Shown in pieces: positions 24,901 through 37,150 of a stretch of DNA of 64,000 bases (position 1 is the first letter of the stretch; each line of letters opens with the position of its first letter). This DNA comes from Felis catus. Taxonomy: Eukaryota. The DNA lies in assembly GCF_018350175.1 (NCBI RefSeq), contig NC_058382.1:56546001-56610000 (forward strand). The letters are read 5' to 3'. A program made the translations under genes and the position numbers. Under the pieces are notes generated by a model. The model did not search any database. It saw only the letters and a program-made list of their open reading frames with translations, and was not told where the DNA came from.

Positions 24901-25315
24901 CGCAGTTTGTCATAAGAATGCTGTTGACAATGCCTTTGATTTTTAGTAAATGCGTTACAGGGTCATTACCATTACCTAAGGTTGGTGCAACACCCCAGTT
25001 TAGTGTAGGACTCCGCGAGAGTTCATAGGCTTCTGAGTTGACACCATTCATTGGCTCATGCTGAACTTGTGCTCAACCAGAAATTTCAGTACATATTTTA
25101 TATCATTATAGCCAAGATACATCTCTCTACTTAGAACTAGTACATACATATGTTTGTGTACATATTTGTATGTATAGATACATATGCTTATTCCTGATGC
25201 CACATTTGCCACATTTAATTAGCTTCATGCATTGGAAAGAATGTGATGTTTTATCTCTTTAATCTGGCTTACTGCTAAGTATTCATCTCCCTTTAAAAAA
25301 AAACGATCATAAATT

Positions 25316-25438
25316 GGGGTGCCTGGGTGGATCAGTTGGTTGAGTGTCTAAATCTTTATTTGGGCTCAGATCATGATCCCAGGGTCATGGCATTGAGCCC
25401 TTCATCAGGCTCTGTGCTGAGCATGGGGCCTGTTTGAG

Positions 25439-25492
<54 letters not shown>

Positions 25493-25550
25493 CTTCTTTC
25501 CCACTCAGGAGCTCTCTCTCTAAAAAAAATTACAATTAAAAAAATTAAAA
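25316..25550 (+). mobile_element. Older carnivore CanSINE with an expanded (TC)n tract
   Basis: ggggtgcctgggtggatcagttggttgag head; (TC)n at 25441-25489; A-rich tail. Confidence 0.9.
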
Positions 25551-26482
25551 ATCAATAAAATATCCTAAAATCTTATAAGCATGTATTCTGAATCTTCATC
25601 AAAGTCATAGTAACTATATATGACTTTTGAAGGGCACTGACCAACTAGCAGACATTAATTAGATACCCACCATGTGTCAAGAGCTGTGCCCCATGCTGTT
25701 GACTCTTCAAAGTCCAGTGTCCACTATGGTGCCTGGTACAATGTCATTGAAAAACACTGGCTGGCTGTATAGGTGGGTAGGTGAACAATGAGGTTGTTGA
25801 ATGGAATAAAGTCATAGATCACTGTCACAGCACAAGAGATCCTTGCCTAGAAATCAGTTAACACTGTTGTCACAAAGTTGACCATACAGTTATAAATTCA
25901 CCTATAAGTACAATCCCCCAGCCCACATTGTTCCCATTGTATCCATCATGTATGTGGTCATAAGAGGTGTTTCCACATGCCTTTTACAAATTGCATCATG
26001 TGGAATATGTATGGAAGTCGGCGGTCTTCCATACATATATATTATATTATAATATATTATTCGCAGAAACAAAAATATGCCCCGGATGACCTGAGATGGG
26101 CAGGACTGGCAGGTGTTTCGTGCTCAAATACACCAGTTGGCTGTGCTGACAAGGCTGGTGGGTATAGAACAGGACTTCACAGATAAAAGGATGTAAGCTA
26201 GATCTGTAATGTCTTATTTCTTTGAATGAAATAAAGACAAAGCAAATACAAAAACATGCTAACAGTTGGCAGTTCCATATGGCAGGTGTACAGGTTTTCA
26301 TGGTGTGGGGTTTTTTTTGTATTTTTCCGTGTTTAAGATTCCCAAAATACGGAACTGGAGAAGGAGGTTAGCCCTCGTTGGTTACCGACCATCAGTCCAT
26401 TCTACCTATTTCTTCCCCCAGATGGATTTTTTTTTTTAAGGTATAACATAAGAAAGATACAGTGGAGATCCTGCTATCTACC

Positions 26483-26870
26483 TGCATCATTTAGGATTAG
26501 GTTTAACCGCACATAGCAGAAAAACAACTGAAATGATGTGAGGAGTTTATTTTTCTTGCATAAAAGACATGCAGAGGTCATATAGGGCAGCCTCAGGATG
26601 AGTTTGGAACCAGGTTCTGCCCCTTGAACACATAGCTTCCACCCTTGAGGCTACGTCATGGTTCAGGATGGCAGATGGAACTCTTCTAGCATTCACATCC
26701 ACACTGTGGACCCGCAGCCCCCTGTGCTGACGTCACATTAGCCAGACTTCATCACATGACCGCATAGACCAGGAAACATGATGCTTCATTAGGGGGCACT
26801 ACCCAAGATTTGGAGGTGGTTTTGTGTTTTCTGGGGTTTTTTTTAGTTAAGGAAGAAGAAAAGAATGTGT
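26483..26870 (-). mobile_element. MLT1J-like MaLR LTR
   Basis: tttaggattaggtttaaccgca...catggttcaggatggcag...cacattagccagact...taaggaagaagaaaagaatg. Confidence 0.5.
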
Positions 26871-26879
26871 GTAATGTGT

Positions 26880-27830
26880 ATATCCTTCTCCACTATATAA
26901 TTATTTAACCATTTTTAAAATATCAGTATGGACTCAACGGGATTTTAATTCTCTTCATTGGGTTATTTTCTGTTTCTGTCTTTATTTTTAATGCTGTGCT
27001 TAAATTATGTCATATTTGGAAGCCAAATACTGAGGCTTTCAATAGTTCCTCATCATTTTTTGGTCATTTTCTTACTTTCTTGGGAAATAAGATATTCTAG
27101 GATCATATTGTACTTGCCCTGCACCAACGCTGAATTGAAACCACTTGGTTCTTTTAGTGGAGGGTCATATATAGAGATCAAGGACTGGGTTGTGAGTTTA
27201 TTATCATGGCTCATGTGTCATTGCTTCTAAGCCCTCAGCAGACAGAGCAAGGATATGCACACAGATAAATACATTTTAAATGCAAAAAAAAAAAAACAAT
27301 AAATTACCATGTGTATATGGTATGTGTATTCATACATACATGCATGCATATATACATGAACCTGTAACTGTATTACGCCTGTGTTTTTATGCATATACCA
27401 CATAAAAAAATTTTTTAATGTTTATTTCTTCAGAGAGAGACAGAGACAGAGCATGAGCAGGGGAGGGGCAGAGAGAGAGGGAGACACAGAATCCGAAGCA
27501 GGCTCCAGGGTCTGAGCTGTCAGCACAGAGCCCGACACGGGGCGCGAACTCACGAACTGTGAGATCATGACCTGAGCCAAAGTCAGCGCTCAACCGAGCC
27601 CCCCAGGTGCCCTGTGCATGTACCCCATTTTAAAACACAACTTCACACTAATCTCTTCAAGTGCACTCCCGTGTCTCAGGGCTTTTTCTAGCTGCCCCAC
27701 ATTTCTGGGCTTGTAAATACCTTCTACAACAGTGAGAAACCTGACGTTATCCTCAATAGACTTTCTAACCTGCTTATCAAGTCCCTCAATGTGACCAGTC
27801 TCCCAACCATGCCGGTCATCTCATCTGCCT
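26880..27830 (-). mobile_element. Old L1 (L1MC/MD-like) 3' UTR, interrupted by a SINE
   Basis: tatcagtatggactca...aagatattctaggatcatattgtacttgccctg...ctacaacagtgagaaacctg. Confidence 0.55.
27411..27612 (-). mobile_element. Feline CanSINE
   Basis: ttttttaatgtttatt tail, gagggagacacagaatccgaagcaggctccagg body, ccaggtgccc head. Confidence 0.95.
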
Positions 27831-30121
27831 GCGACATCCGCTTCACTCCCCCGGCACCCCATGTCTGGCACCAGCAGGCACCGGCCCCGGCCCCTCCCTT
27901 TGTCCCATGCACCTGTCAGGTCTCCATCAACTCTTCGAGCCAGTGAGGAAAGGGTGGAGGTTATTCAGATAAATGTATAGACAGCAATATGGGATCACGA
28001 GGAGGATTAAGCCAAAGTAGGGGCCATCCAAGGAGGCTTCCTGCAGGGGTCAACACCTCGAACTGCTTCAAGGACAAAGGGACATTAGCAAGGTAAAAAC
28101 CAGGAGGGACGAAGAAGGTATATTCTAGGCAGAGAGGACAGTTCAGGGCCACGGGAGGGAAGGAAGCTTGGTGACTTCTGAGATAGGCATGTAGGTCAGT
28201 GGAGCAGGAGTGGAGAGGGGAGGGCATCAGAGGGAAGGCTGGACAGGAGAGCAGGACCAAATGGTAGAACAACTTAGATGTGTCCATTTGGATGAAAGTA
28301 TTGGTTGCGATGTTTCGTTTCTCTCTCTCCAGACACACACTTGGCTTTTAGATTCTCTCAGTACCCTCGGATGAACTCCTCTATCCTTTCCAAAGTTCAT
28401 TTCCATCTATCAGATGCAAATCTCAGGAGATAGGAACTCTGTCTTATCCACCACTGTATCCCCAACCTCTAGGAAAGCGTCTGGCACATAGTATATGCTC
28501 AGTAAGCATTTGAATCACCAGTGTGTATTTTTATTGCAAAGAGGCCCTTCTGGTCCGCTGTCAGAACCAGGCAATTGGTGCAGCTCAACCAACCCCCGGC
28601 TCAGGCAGCCCCACTATCTGCATTTGCACGGAAAGTGTAATGGTCATGAAGTTGCATCCGTCAGCGTGCAGATGCTTACAAATATATTTTGCAAACATTT
28701 CATCCTATAAAAATGTGGAACCAAAGTACAAAATTCTTGAGAGGCAGCAGCTGGAAGTATTAGTTGAAATGAAAGAATATCATCATCGTTTCCATTAAGG
28801 AGTGCCAACTTTTGTGATGCAAGTAACACCTTCGTGTTAATTCTAAGAAACTGTCTGCCTCATTAGGCAAATAAGGCATCCCACGATTTGGATACAGAAT
28901 AACCCCAGTGATAAATGAACCTCTATTATACTAGCTTCCCCATTACAGTCGCCTCCTTTACACAACGACTGTAACCAAGGTGGCCTGATCACATCTCAGA
29001 GGCCTGTTTCATGAGTCAGCGTAAGTTCCGCTGTGCGATGGTAATAAATGAATCCCACCACCTGCACACCCTAACAATGGAAAGAAATTTGAGATACACA
29101 CAGGGCTATCCACCTTTACCTTATAGTTACTATAACTGGAACACATGGTCTCGACCATCACTTCTATCAGAGGAAAAGGTGGGGGGGCAGCGATGACATT
29201 TGGCTCTCACCTCCCTGAGCCGAGGAGAGAAACACGCTTCTGTCCTCAACCCAATGGCCAGTACTAGTCATGTGGCCCCCACGGTAACTGCAAGAGAGGC
29301 TGCCAGACAGGGAAGCGTGCCGACGCTCTAGGGAACACAATCCCCGCGTGTCTCGCCAGCCTCCACTTGGACTGAGGAGAGAACTGACTTCTTTCTAACC
29401 TGGGACTCACCCGAAGCTCCTTTGGGTAGTTAGGAGGATGCAGGTAATCATCACGGATAGTAGAGAGCGTGAACCTGGACGGCAGGCATCTCCACTTCTA
29501 GCTGTGGGTGCTGGGACAATCCCTGTAGATTCCAGAGTCTCCCCTTCCTCATCTGAAAATAGAAACACGTACATGTTCAGTAAACAGTGTGCTTGAAGTG
29601 ATGCTGGATTTCGAATCCCACGGGATCGTTTTTTGTGACAAGAATTAATCAGCCTTTCCCAGTGTGGAGAAAGTGTGTGTGGCCATGGCCTCTTGGCCAA
29701 ACCCAGCGTCAGAACCATCCAGGTAACCAGCACTGGGCCACTGGCCACAGAGAATAAGATTCTGGTGGAGATTCCGATGGATAATGCAACGTTAGCGGCA
29801 GAGGTGTTATTTAGAGACCCCTGGACACTAACCTTGCTCTCTTCCCATGGTTCAAGATGGGGCTCTCTTAAATGGAAGAAACTATATTTCTTGTGCACGT
29901 TCTTCTAATACGAAGCGAAAACTCATATAAAAAGAAGGGTTAGGCGTCAATAAGTGGAATTCTCAGCTCCACCTACCCTACTTTAGTGGTGTTACCAGCA
30001 AAGCCCTCTGCTCAGGACTCGAGAAGCCAATTTAAGCTACAGTGAAATATGGCACCCTTGCTTTCTGTGGACACTTCAGGGAAGATTTGTATCTTCTTCT
30101 AATTTTATGAGGAAGCATACA

Positions 30122-30530
30122 TTTTTAGGATTATGTTGGCTATACGTAGTAGGGAATCTGACCCACTATGGCTTCAACAATTTGGGAGTTATTTAGTGGC
30201 TGCTGTTGAGTCTCATAGGGATGTCAGGGCCAGCCTCATATTGCAAGATGGCTGCCTCAGCTCCAGCCATCACATCTGCGTTCAAGAGGTGATATCTATC
30301 CCACCTTTTCTCTACATCTGGGAGGCCCAATATTCCCTGAAACATCACCCTTAGGCCACTGCTACAATAGACTGCCCCCCTTATTTCATCGGCCAGGACT
30401 ATGTCATATACCCACCCCTGAAGGATGGGAAAGAATGGGAAAATTAAATGCTTGCTTTCTTGGGCTCTATCACAGAGGCAAGAAGGGAGCACAGGGGTCT
30501 GAAGCGCATGTTAAGTCAACTAACCTCCAG
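30122..30530 (-). mobile_element. MLT1J/K-like MaLR LTR
   Basis: caagatggctgcctcagctccagccatcacatctgcgttc ... catcggccaggactatgtcatatacccaccc. Confidence 0.55.
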
Positions 30531-31439
30531 TGTTTGGCCCAGGAACTTAGCCAAACGTGTCATGTGGGAGGTAGAGGAGGTATAACTTCCATTCCTTTGC
30601 TCACCTGAAGGTTCTGTAATCCGTTCCCTTAAGTCTGTAATTCCTGAACGTGAGGGTTATATCTTCTGCAGGAAGGAATCATGCGATGTGGACCGGAAGG
30701 TTCTTACTCTCCACTGGGAACCAGATGCCTGCGGCAGGTCTCGGCTCACTTCTGGTTGTTTACTATTTTCCAAGTCACTATGATTCCAGAAGGTATTGGG
30801 CCTCAGTGGAGCTCGAAATGGATATTAGCTCTTGGGTGCATTTTATTGATTTGGGCACAGGAGGGAAATTACACTGCTGAGGATTGTCACCCTGGACAGT
30901 TAAAATCCAAAGTAAATGAACTGAACAAGCCTCCCCCTTAAATAGTGCTCAGAAATCAAAGAGCTGAAAAAATGTAAATGGGATTCATTAAGAGCTGCAG
31001 AATTAGCTTTCTTGTGGTGCTTTGATACGTTTTTCTTGCAAATCTCAAGAACTTTAGCTCCTGGCGAGTTTGGGGCATGGTTAAGAATGGCTGAGTGGAC
31101 AGTAGGGCCCAGCGAGAGGAGTTTCTCAATATGCCCACGTTAGGATGCCCACTGGCCCCTCCAACAGCCCCCCCACCCCCCACACTTAGGCTGTCCGGCC
31201 CCTCCATCTGCTTTGGGACAGGATTCACACAGCCACGTCAAAGTGCTAGCCAGAGTTCATTTTCATTGTGCTCGTTGTAACACAGGACAGGAGTTGAATA
31301 TTCAGGGATTTCTGTCGAGTTTAGGTTTTTGCCTTCAAAGTCCATGAGGATAATTAATTGGTTAACCTTCATCTCGTAGACTCCTTGGCGTTTAGCTGTC
31401 AGGACAGGGCATTTGATCGCCACCCTGAGCGACACCGCC

Positions 31440-31910
31440 GATCCAGCACTGACGGCCCCAAACTGGATCTCGCCGCCGAATGTATTTTGTTTGGTCTCTG
31501 CAGTGTTTTGAAAAAAGATTTCATTTCAGAATCACATTTATGGCTTCTTTTGAAAAAGGGAAAGATTTGGGGACCCTGGGGGGCTCAGTCGGTCAAGCGC
31601 CCGACTTCAGCTCAGGTCATGGCCTCACGGTCTGTGGGTTCGAGCCCCGCGTCGGGTTCTGTGCGGACAGCTCGGAGCCTGCAGCCTGCTTCGGATTCTG
31701 GGTCTCCCTCTCTCTGCCCCTTCTCTGCTCGTGCTCTGTTTCTGTCTCTCAAAAATAAACAAACATTAAAAAAAAAAAAAGAAAGAAAAATGGGAAGATT
31801 TGAGGATGGGGGGCCAGGGTGGGCTGGGGCTGCACAGCAGCTGCCTGCATGGATCAGGGAAGCCACAGTCCCCACCACGCCCTGTCGCCTTGCGCTCTGC
31901 CTGCGTTGTC
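31440..31910 (+). mobile_element. MER102-like hAT-Charlie element, interrupted by a SINE
   Basis: tgtattttgtttggtctctgcagtgtttt...ggcttcttttgaaaaa before the SINE; gccacagtccccaccacgccctg after it. Confidence 0.6.
31569..31785 (+). mobile_element. Feline CanSINE
   Basis: Complete head, CT region and poly(A); TSD gaaaaagggaaagattt / gaaaaatgggaagattt (2 mismatches). Confidence 0.95.
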
Positions 31911-32103
31911 ACCGTCGGCGTTGCTTTGGTGTCCCCGTTCCAGCCTCCACCAGACAGCCATCTCTCACTGCCCAAGGAGAGTTTGTGTGGCGAGCCAAAA
32001 CTTTTCTCCTGGCTTCTCACCATCCCCTCAAGCCTTGCTCCCTGTATGGTCCGGTTACAGCAGCCTCGGAATCCCGCTGAGAGTTGTTAGAAATGCAGAA
32101 TCT

Positions 32104-32530
32104 GGGGGCATCTGGGGGGCTCAGTCGGTTAAGCATCTGACTCTTGATTTCCGTTCAGGTCATGATCTCATGGTTCTTGAGTTCGAGCCCCGTGTCAGGC
32201 TCTGTGCTGACAGCGTGGGGCCTGCTTAAGATTATCTGTCTCTCTCTCCCTCCCTCCCTCCCTCCCTCTCCCTCCCTCCCTCCCTTCCTCTCCCTCCCTC
32301 TCCCTCCCTCCCTCCCTCTCCCTCCCTCTCCCTCCCTCCCTCTCCCTCTCCCTCCCTCCCTCCCTCCCTCCCTCCCTCCCTCCCTCCCTCTCCCTCCCTC
32401 TCCCTCCCTCTCCCTCCCTCTCCCTCCCTCCCTCTCCCTCCCTCTCCCTCCTTCCCTCTCTCTCCCTCTCCCTCCCTCCCTCCATCCCTCTTCCCAACTC
32501 ATTTGCTCTCTCCCTAAAATTAAAAACAAA
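32104..32530 (+). mobile_element. CanSINE with a greatly expanded CT region
   Basis: SINE head at 32104-32235, then a (CCCT/CT)n expansion, then a remnant tail; follows MER5A-like gttgttagaaatgcagaatct. Confidence 0.9.
32239..32483. repeat. (CCCT)n/(CT)n pure polypyrimidine tract, 245 nt
   Basis: No purine on the + strand between G32238 and A32484. Confidence 0.95.
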
Positions 32531-33182
32531 TGCTGCTCAAAGAGCTGGTTCTCAAATGTGGATATGCATCAAATTCACCCAGGTGGCTTCTTACTTTTTA
32601 ATCTGATAAAACATTTTCTTATTATAAAACAGCAGATGAGAATTGGAGAAATTTACAAAAGTCAGATAAGCAAAAATAAGAACATAAAAACACCATGGTC
32701 ATCCCAACCAGAGACTGGCAATCTCAACGTCTTCGTGTAGGACTTCCTTCTCTAGGCAAATATATACGTGTTTTTCACCAACATGGGATAGTACCATCCA
32801 TGTTATTTTTAAAACCTGCTTTTCTCAGTTAACAGTATCTTTTTTCTACAAGAAAAATTATTTTTTTCGTTTCCCCAGTTGACCCAAAAATGTTCTCTAT
32901 AAGTAATTGTTCTGTCTCAACTGAAATCCGCTCTAGGACCAGACCGTGGGTCCGACTGTCCCGTCGCTCACGTCTTTTGTGATGCAGAACACCTCTCACT
33001 GTATCTGTTTCTTTGCATAATACTGACTTGTTAAGGGACTGGACTGTTCGTTGTACACCAAGTCCCATCTTCGGACGTATCCGGTCACTTCCTCACTCTG
33101 TAACTCAGCTCTGCTTCCCTGGTTTTTTTCAATGCATATTCCAGGACGCCACTGGCACACCATGAATTAAAACCTTCAGGGA

Positions 33183-33412
33183 GGGGCGCCTGGGTGGCGC
33201 AGTCGGTTAAGTGTCCGACTTCAGCCAGGTCACGATCTCGCGGTCCGTGAGTTCGAGCCCCGCGTCGGGCTCTGGGCTGATGGCTCGGAGCCTGGAGCCT
33301 GTTTCCGATTCTGTGTCTCCCTCTCTCTCTGCCCCTCCCCCGTTCATGCTCTGTCTCTCTCTGTCCCAAAAATAAAATAAAAAACGTTGGAAAAAAAAAT
33401 TAAAAAAAAAAA
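33183..33412 (+). mobile_element. Young feline CanSINE
   Basis: CpG-rich near-consensus body and long poly(A); perfect TSD aaaaccttcaggga at 33169-33182 and 33413-33426. Confidence 0.97.
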
Positions 33413-33559
33413 AAAACCTTCAGGGAGTGGAAGCTGGCAACTTGCAGTGTTTGTACTCCAAGACCTCCTGATTCATTCAGCGAGGAACGATGACAGGGTC
33501 CCCAAACCTGCCAGGAACGTTGCACCACGTGTCTGGATTCAGGGGTACCGCAGTATTGT

Positions 33560-34410
33560 GAATTATGAGAAGAATGTATATGTGCTCATGCAGATGACCG
33601 ACATCAACTTCTCATATATTTTGAAGGTCTTCCTTCAAGGTTTCTAGCTCGCAGCTCCCCAAACTCTTGGAATTTCCCGAAGTGTTGAGAGTGGTAAAGC
33701 TCTCCTTTGTTGGACAAATGAGGTGACTTTTGGGAAGGACGGGGACTAGGGGCGCCTGAAGCCGTTCATGTGATCAGAGGGTTGGAACCTTCAGTCCCAT
33801 CCTATGACCAACCGATGGGGAAGAGAGAGGGGCTGGAGACTGAGTTCATTTGCCAATGACCAGTGATTTAATCAAATGTGCCTATGTAACAAAGCCTCCA
33901 TAAACAGCCGAAAGGGTGGGGTTCAGGGAGCTTCTAGGTTGGTGAATACATGGAGATTTGGGCAGAATGGTGCCCTCGGGACATGGAGGGTGAGAGCTCC
34001 CCAGCCCTTGCTCCCTGTATCTCTTCCATCTGGCTCTAGCCTTTTACAATAAACCAGTGATCTAGTAAGTAAATGTTTCCCGGAGTTCTGTGAGCAGCAC
34101 TTCCAAATTATTCAAACTCAAGGAGGGGGTCAGGGGAACCTCTGATTTATAGCCAGTCTACGGGACACACTGGTGACAAGCTGGACTTGAAGGTGTCATC
34201 TGAAGTCAGGGGAGGAGTGGGGGGGCAGCCCTGTAGGACTCAGCCCTCCCCCTGTGAAGTCTGATGCTCTCTCTCTGGGTAAATAGTGTCAGGATGGAGG
34301 TGAATTCTCAGACACCAGCAAGGTGTTTGCATGTTATCTGCACTTTAACAAGGTATTTTTGGCGTTGTGGGGAACCGTGCCCCCCACCTCATGTCGAAAT
34401 CGGTTGCAAA
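33560..34410 (+). mobile_element. MER21-like solo LTR
   Basis: catgtgatcagagggttggaaccttcag, gatttaatcaaatgtgcctatgtaacaaagcctccataaa, poly(A) signal in acaataaacc, gagttctgtgagc. Confidence 0.75.
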
Positions 34411-35144
34411 CATCAGTAGGGGTACGATGGCATTGAAGTCTGGAGTCTCTCTGATGTTTGACCGAGAGGGTCCAAGCATGGCTGTTTGTTTATCCTTATT
34501 CTGTGATAAGAAAGTCAACTTTGCTGGAAGGAGACTCTATCTGAGGCTTGCAGCTGGGACACATTTTAAGGCCTTAGCTCTGCTTGTAATTTTCCCAGCA
34601 AAATTCACTCTCTCTGAGTTCCAGCTCCCGATAACAGGCCATGTGTGATGGGTAGGGATACGAGAAACCTGGGACCCTCCAGAAGATCTTCAGATGTTGG
34701 TTTTGAAGCTGAGAAACTCAAAAAACCACTCACGACTGCCTAAGTCCCTCCACGGGGCTCGGAACACACACTTGATGATGTCTTTGGGCTCAGAGACGCT
34801 GCTCAGGGCGGCCTCCTCCTCTCCCACAGGGCCAGTGACCACACTATCAAGTGCAGAGTCGGGTGTCCCGAAACCCGCAGGCCCAAGATTGACACACCTC
34901 CCAGAGGGGTGGTACCGTGTGTGGTCAGGCCAGGGTGCTGGCCATCTTGTGTCCTACTTCCATGATAAATATGTTGTGTTTTTCCACGAGAACATCCGCA
35001 GAGATATTTCATTTACCCAAAGTTAAAGTGTGATTTTCAGTTGTCATTAAAGCAGTCACATTGTCCCCATTGATTCTCATGCTCCAGAACGTTAAGGAAA
35101 CCATACTTGGGGACTTGAACACACATCGGAATGATCCGGATTAC

Positions 35145-35354
35145 TTTTTATTTTTTTTTAATGTTTATTTTTGAGAGAGAGAGAGAAAGCATGAGCGGGG
35201 TAGGGGCAGAGAGAGGGAGACACAGCATCCCAAGCAGGTGCCAGGCTCCGAGCTGTCAGCACAGAGCCTGACACGGGGCTTGAACTCATGATCTGCTAGA
35301 TCACGACCTGAGCCGAAGTCGGATGCTTAACCGACGGAGTCACCCAGGTGTCTC
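35145..35354 (-). mobile_element. Feline CanSINE
   Basis: Poly(T) tail, (GA)n region, gagctgtcagcacagagcc body, cacccaggtg head. Confidence 0.93.
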
Positions 35355-35831
35355 TATTTTTTTAATTAAAGGAAAATATTATTATAAAAATATTACATGT
35401 GCAGGGTAGAAATTTAGGAGAGTCAGATCCACAAACCTAACAGAAAATCGCCGTGGTCATGTGGCCCAGCGATTACTGCCATCAGCCCCTTAGTTCATGT
35501 CCTTATAGACCATCTCTAGGTGATGTATTGCCCGTATTGAGATCAGCCTCTTTGCAGCCACTCCTTCATGGAGGGTTGAATCCACCTCAGTGTGGTTTCC
35601 TTCTCCAGTAGCTCACATCACGGGTTCACCCTTCCAGGATCCGGATGAATTGTCTGAGAGGCCGAGTTCATACTTGGTTCATTGGAGCAGTACCCAAAGG
35701 GCACTTGATGGCCTCCCGCTGTGTGGTTCCTTCCAAGGCCCACCGTCTGAGGGCACTTCGCTCTTCGTAAACCTTTCCTCTCCATGTGCTGCCAGCACAG
35801 CTTCTTCTCCGTCTCAAAACTGCCCAGCACC

Positions 35832-36213
35832 TGTCGTAGTCTCCCCCAGGCTGCGGTAACGATCCACCATAGGTTGGGGGGCTCCAACAGTGGAGTTATT
35901 TCCCACAGTTCTGGAGGCTCAGAGTCCCAGATTAAGGTGCTGGCACGTTCCAGGTCTGGTGAGAGCCCTCTTCCTGGCTTGTGGAAGGGTGCTTCCTCCC
36001 CGTGTCCTCGTGTGGTCGGGGGGGGGGAAAGAGAGAGAGCTCTAGGGTCTATACTCAAAAGAACACTAATCCTGTTGTGGGGCCCCCACACAGAGGCCGT
36101 CTTCATCTAAACCAACTCACCTCCCAAAGGCCCCGCCTCCAAAAGATATCATAATCCCCACTGGGCTTCAACCTATGAATTTTGAGGAGGACACAAACAT
36201 TCAGTCCATAACA
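35832..36213 (-). mobile_element. MLT1A0-like MaLR solo LTR
   Basis: TG...CA ends; cacagttctggaggct and gacacaaacattcagtccataaca; perfect 5-bp TSD GCACC at 35827-35831 and 36214-36218. Confidence 0.85.
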
Positions 36214-36941
36214 GCACCAAAATCGAGCAAAGCAATGATGGGGCCCAGCTCTGGGAGGGCCAGTCTCACAGCCCTTGTGGGCTTAGCAAAGATTACAGAG
36301 TCAGGAGTGAGGGCATGGCCCATGTTCTCTTCGGTGCAGGCCTTCAGCGAGCTTAGCCCCGGAGGCCCCCTCTCCAGCTAGTCGACTATTTCCAGGGAGC
36401 GTGCTGGCCAAGCTGGCCCAATATCCAATCTCCTTAAGGCAACAAAGCCAGAGAACAAGCATGCCCTTGGGACACCTGTGGTGACAGGCTGGTTCACGAG
36501 CACACCTCCCCACCTGCTGCCTGGGGACCCTGAGAAGCTAAAAACACCTGTGAGACCCTCTTTAGCACCTACCTGTGATGTTCATAAAATTTTAACCTAC
36601 CTACACACATGTAAGAAAAAATTATAATAAGCCCCAAGTATAATATAAAGGAAAAAATAATTTACAATAGGAGGTCTAGAAGGTCTAGAAGGTCTATTAA
36701 TCCGTAAATTCTCAGGCGCCACTGCCTTGGATGACATATTGAAAGGGTTCGAGGTGAGGATCCTTACACGGGACCGCCACGGAAATATATCAGCTCCAAA
36801 GCACATCAGCACAGGTCTCTTTCACAGTGGTCACGCAAACGACACTCAGCGATAACACCAGCTAAGTGATCTTTCCAGAACTGGCGGGTTCAGGACCAAA
36901 CAAACAACAAGCTACCCTCTGTTGATACAGTGGAGGCATTC

Positions 36942-37150
36942 TTTTTTTTTTTTTAGTAATTTTTTAAAATTTTTTTTTGAGAGAGAGAGAGTGCAAGCAA
37001 GGGAGGGGCAGAGAGAGAGGGGTACAGAGGATCTGAAGCGGGCTCTGCACTGAGAGCGGAGAGCTCGACGCGGGGCTCGAACTCACAAACCGCGAGATCA
37101 TGACCTGAGCCGAAGTGAAACGCTTAACCATCTGAGCCCCCAGACGCCCC
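36942..37150 (-). mobile_element. Feline CanSINE
   Basis: Poly(T) tail to cagacgcccc head; diverged TSD cagtggaggcattc / cagtggccacattc. Confidence 0.93.

Noticed and set aside
27305..27400. Quasi-palindromic AT/GT-rich stretch
   Set aside because: Low-complexity purine-pyrimidine alternation inside an old L1 3' UTR, self-complementary by composition; no evidence for a miRNA.
29407..29908. Overlapping 163-aa (minus) and 77-aa (plus) ORFs
   Set aside because: No recognisable homology, partly MIR-derived, and no matching splice sites.
31358..32080. 240-aa ORF
   Set aside because: Runs through MER102-like DNA and a whole SINE including its poly(A); a chance frame.
32144..32740. Pro/Ser/Leu-rich 198-aa ORF and the antisense Gly/Arg/Glu-rich ORFs
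   Set aside because: Translations of the stop-free (CCCT)n tract.
33183..33260. tRNA-like A and B boxes
   Set aside because: tRNA-derived SINE head, not a tRNA gene; the same applies to all CanSINEs here.
33085..33369. ORF nearly identical to 62528-62722, resembling a paralogous small-protein pair
   Set aside because: Both are antisense translations of young CanSINE copies.
36673..36696. Short tandem (aggtctaga) x about 3; similar micro-duplications near 40130-40160 and 57782-57803
   Set aside because: Ordinary slippage repeats without unique spacers; not CRISPR-like.
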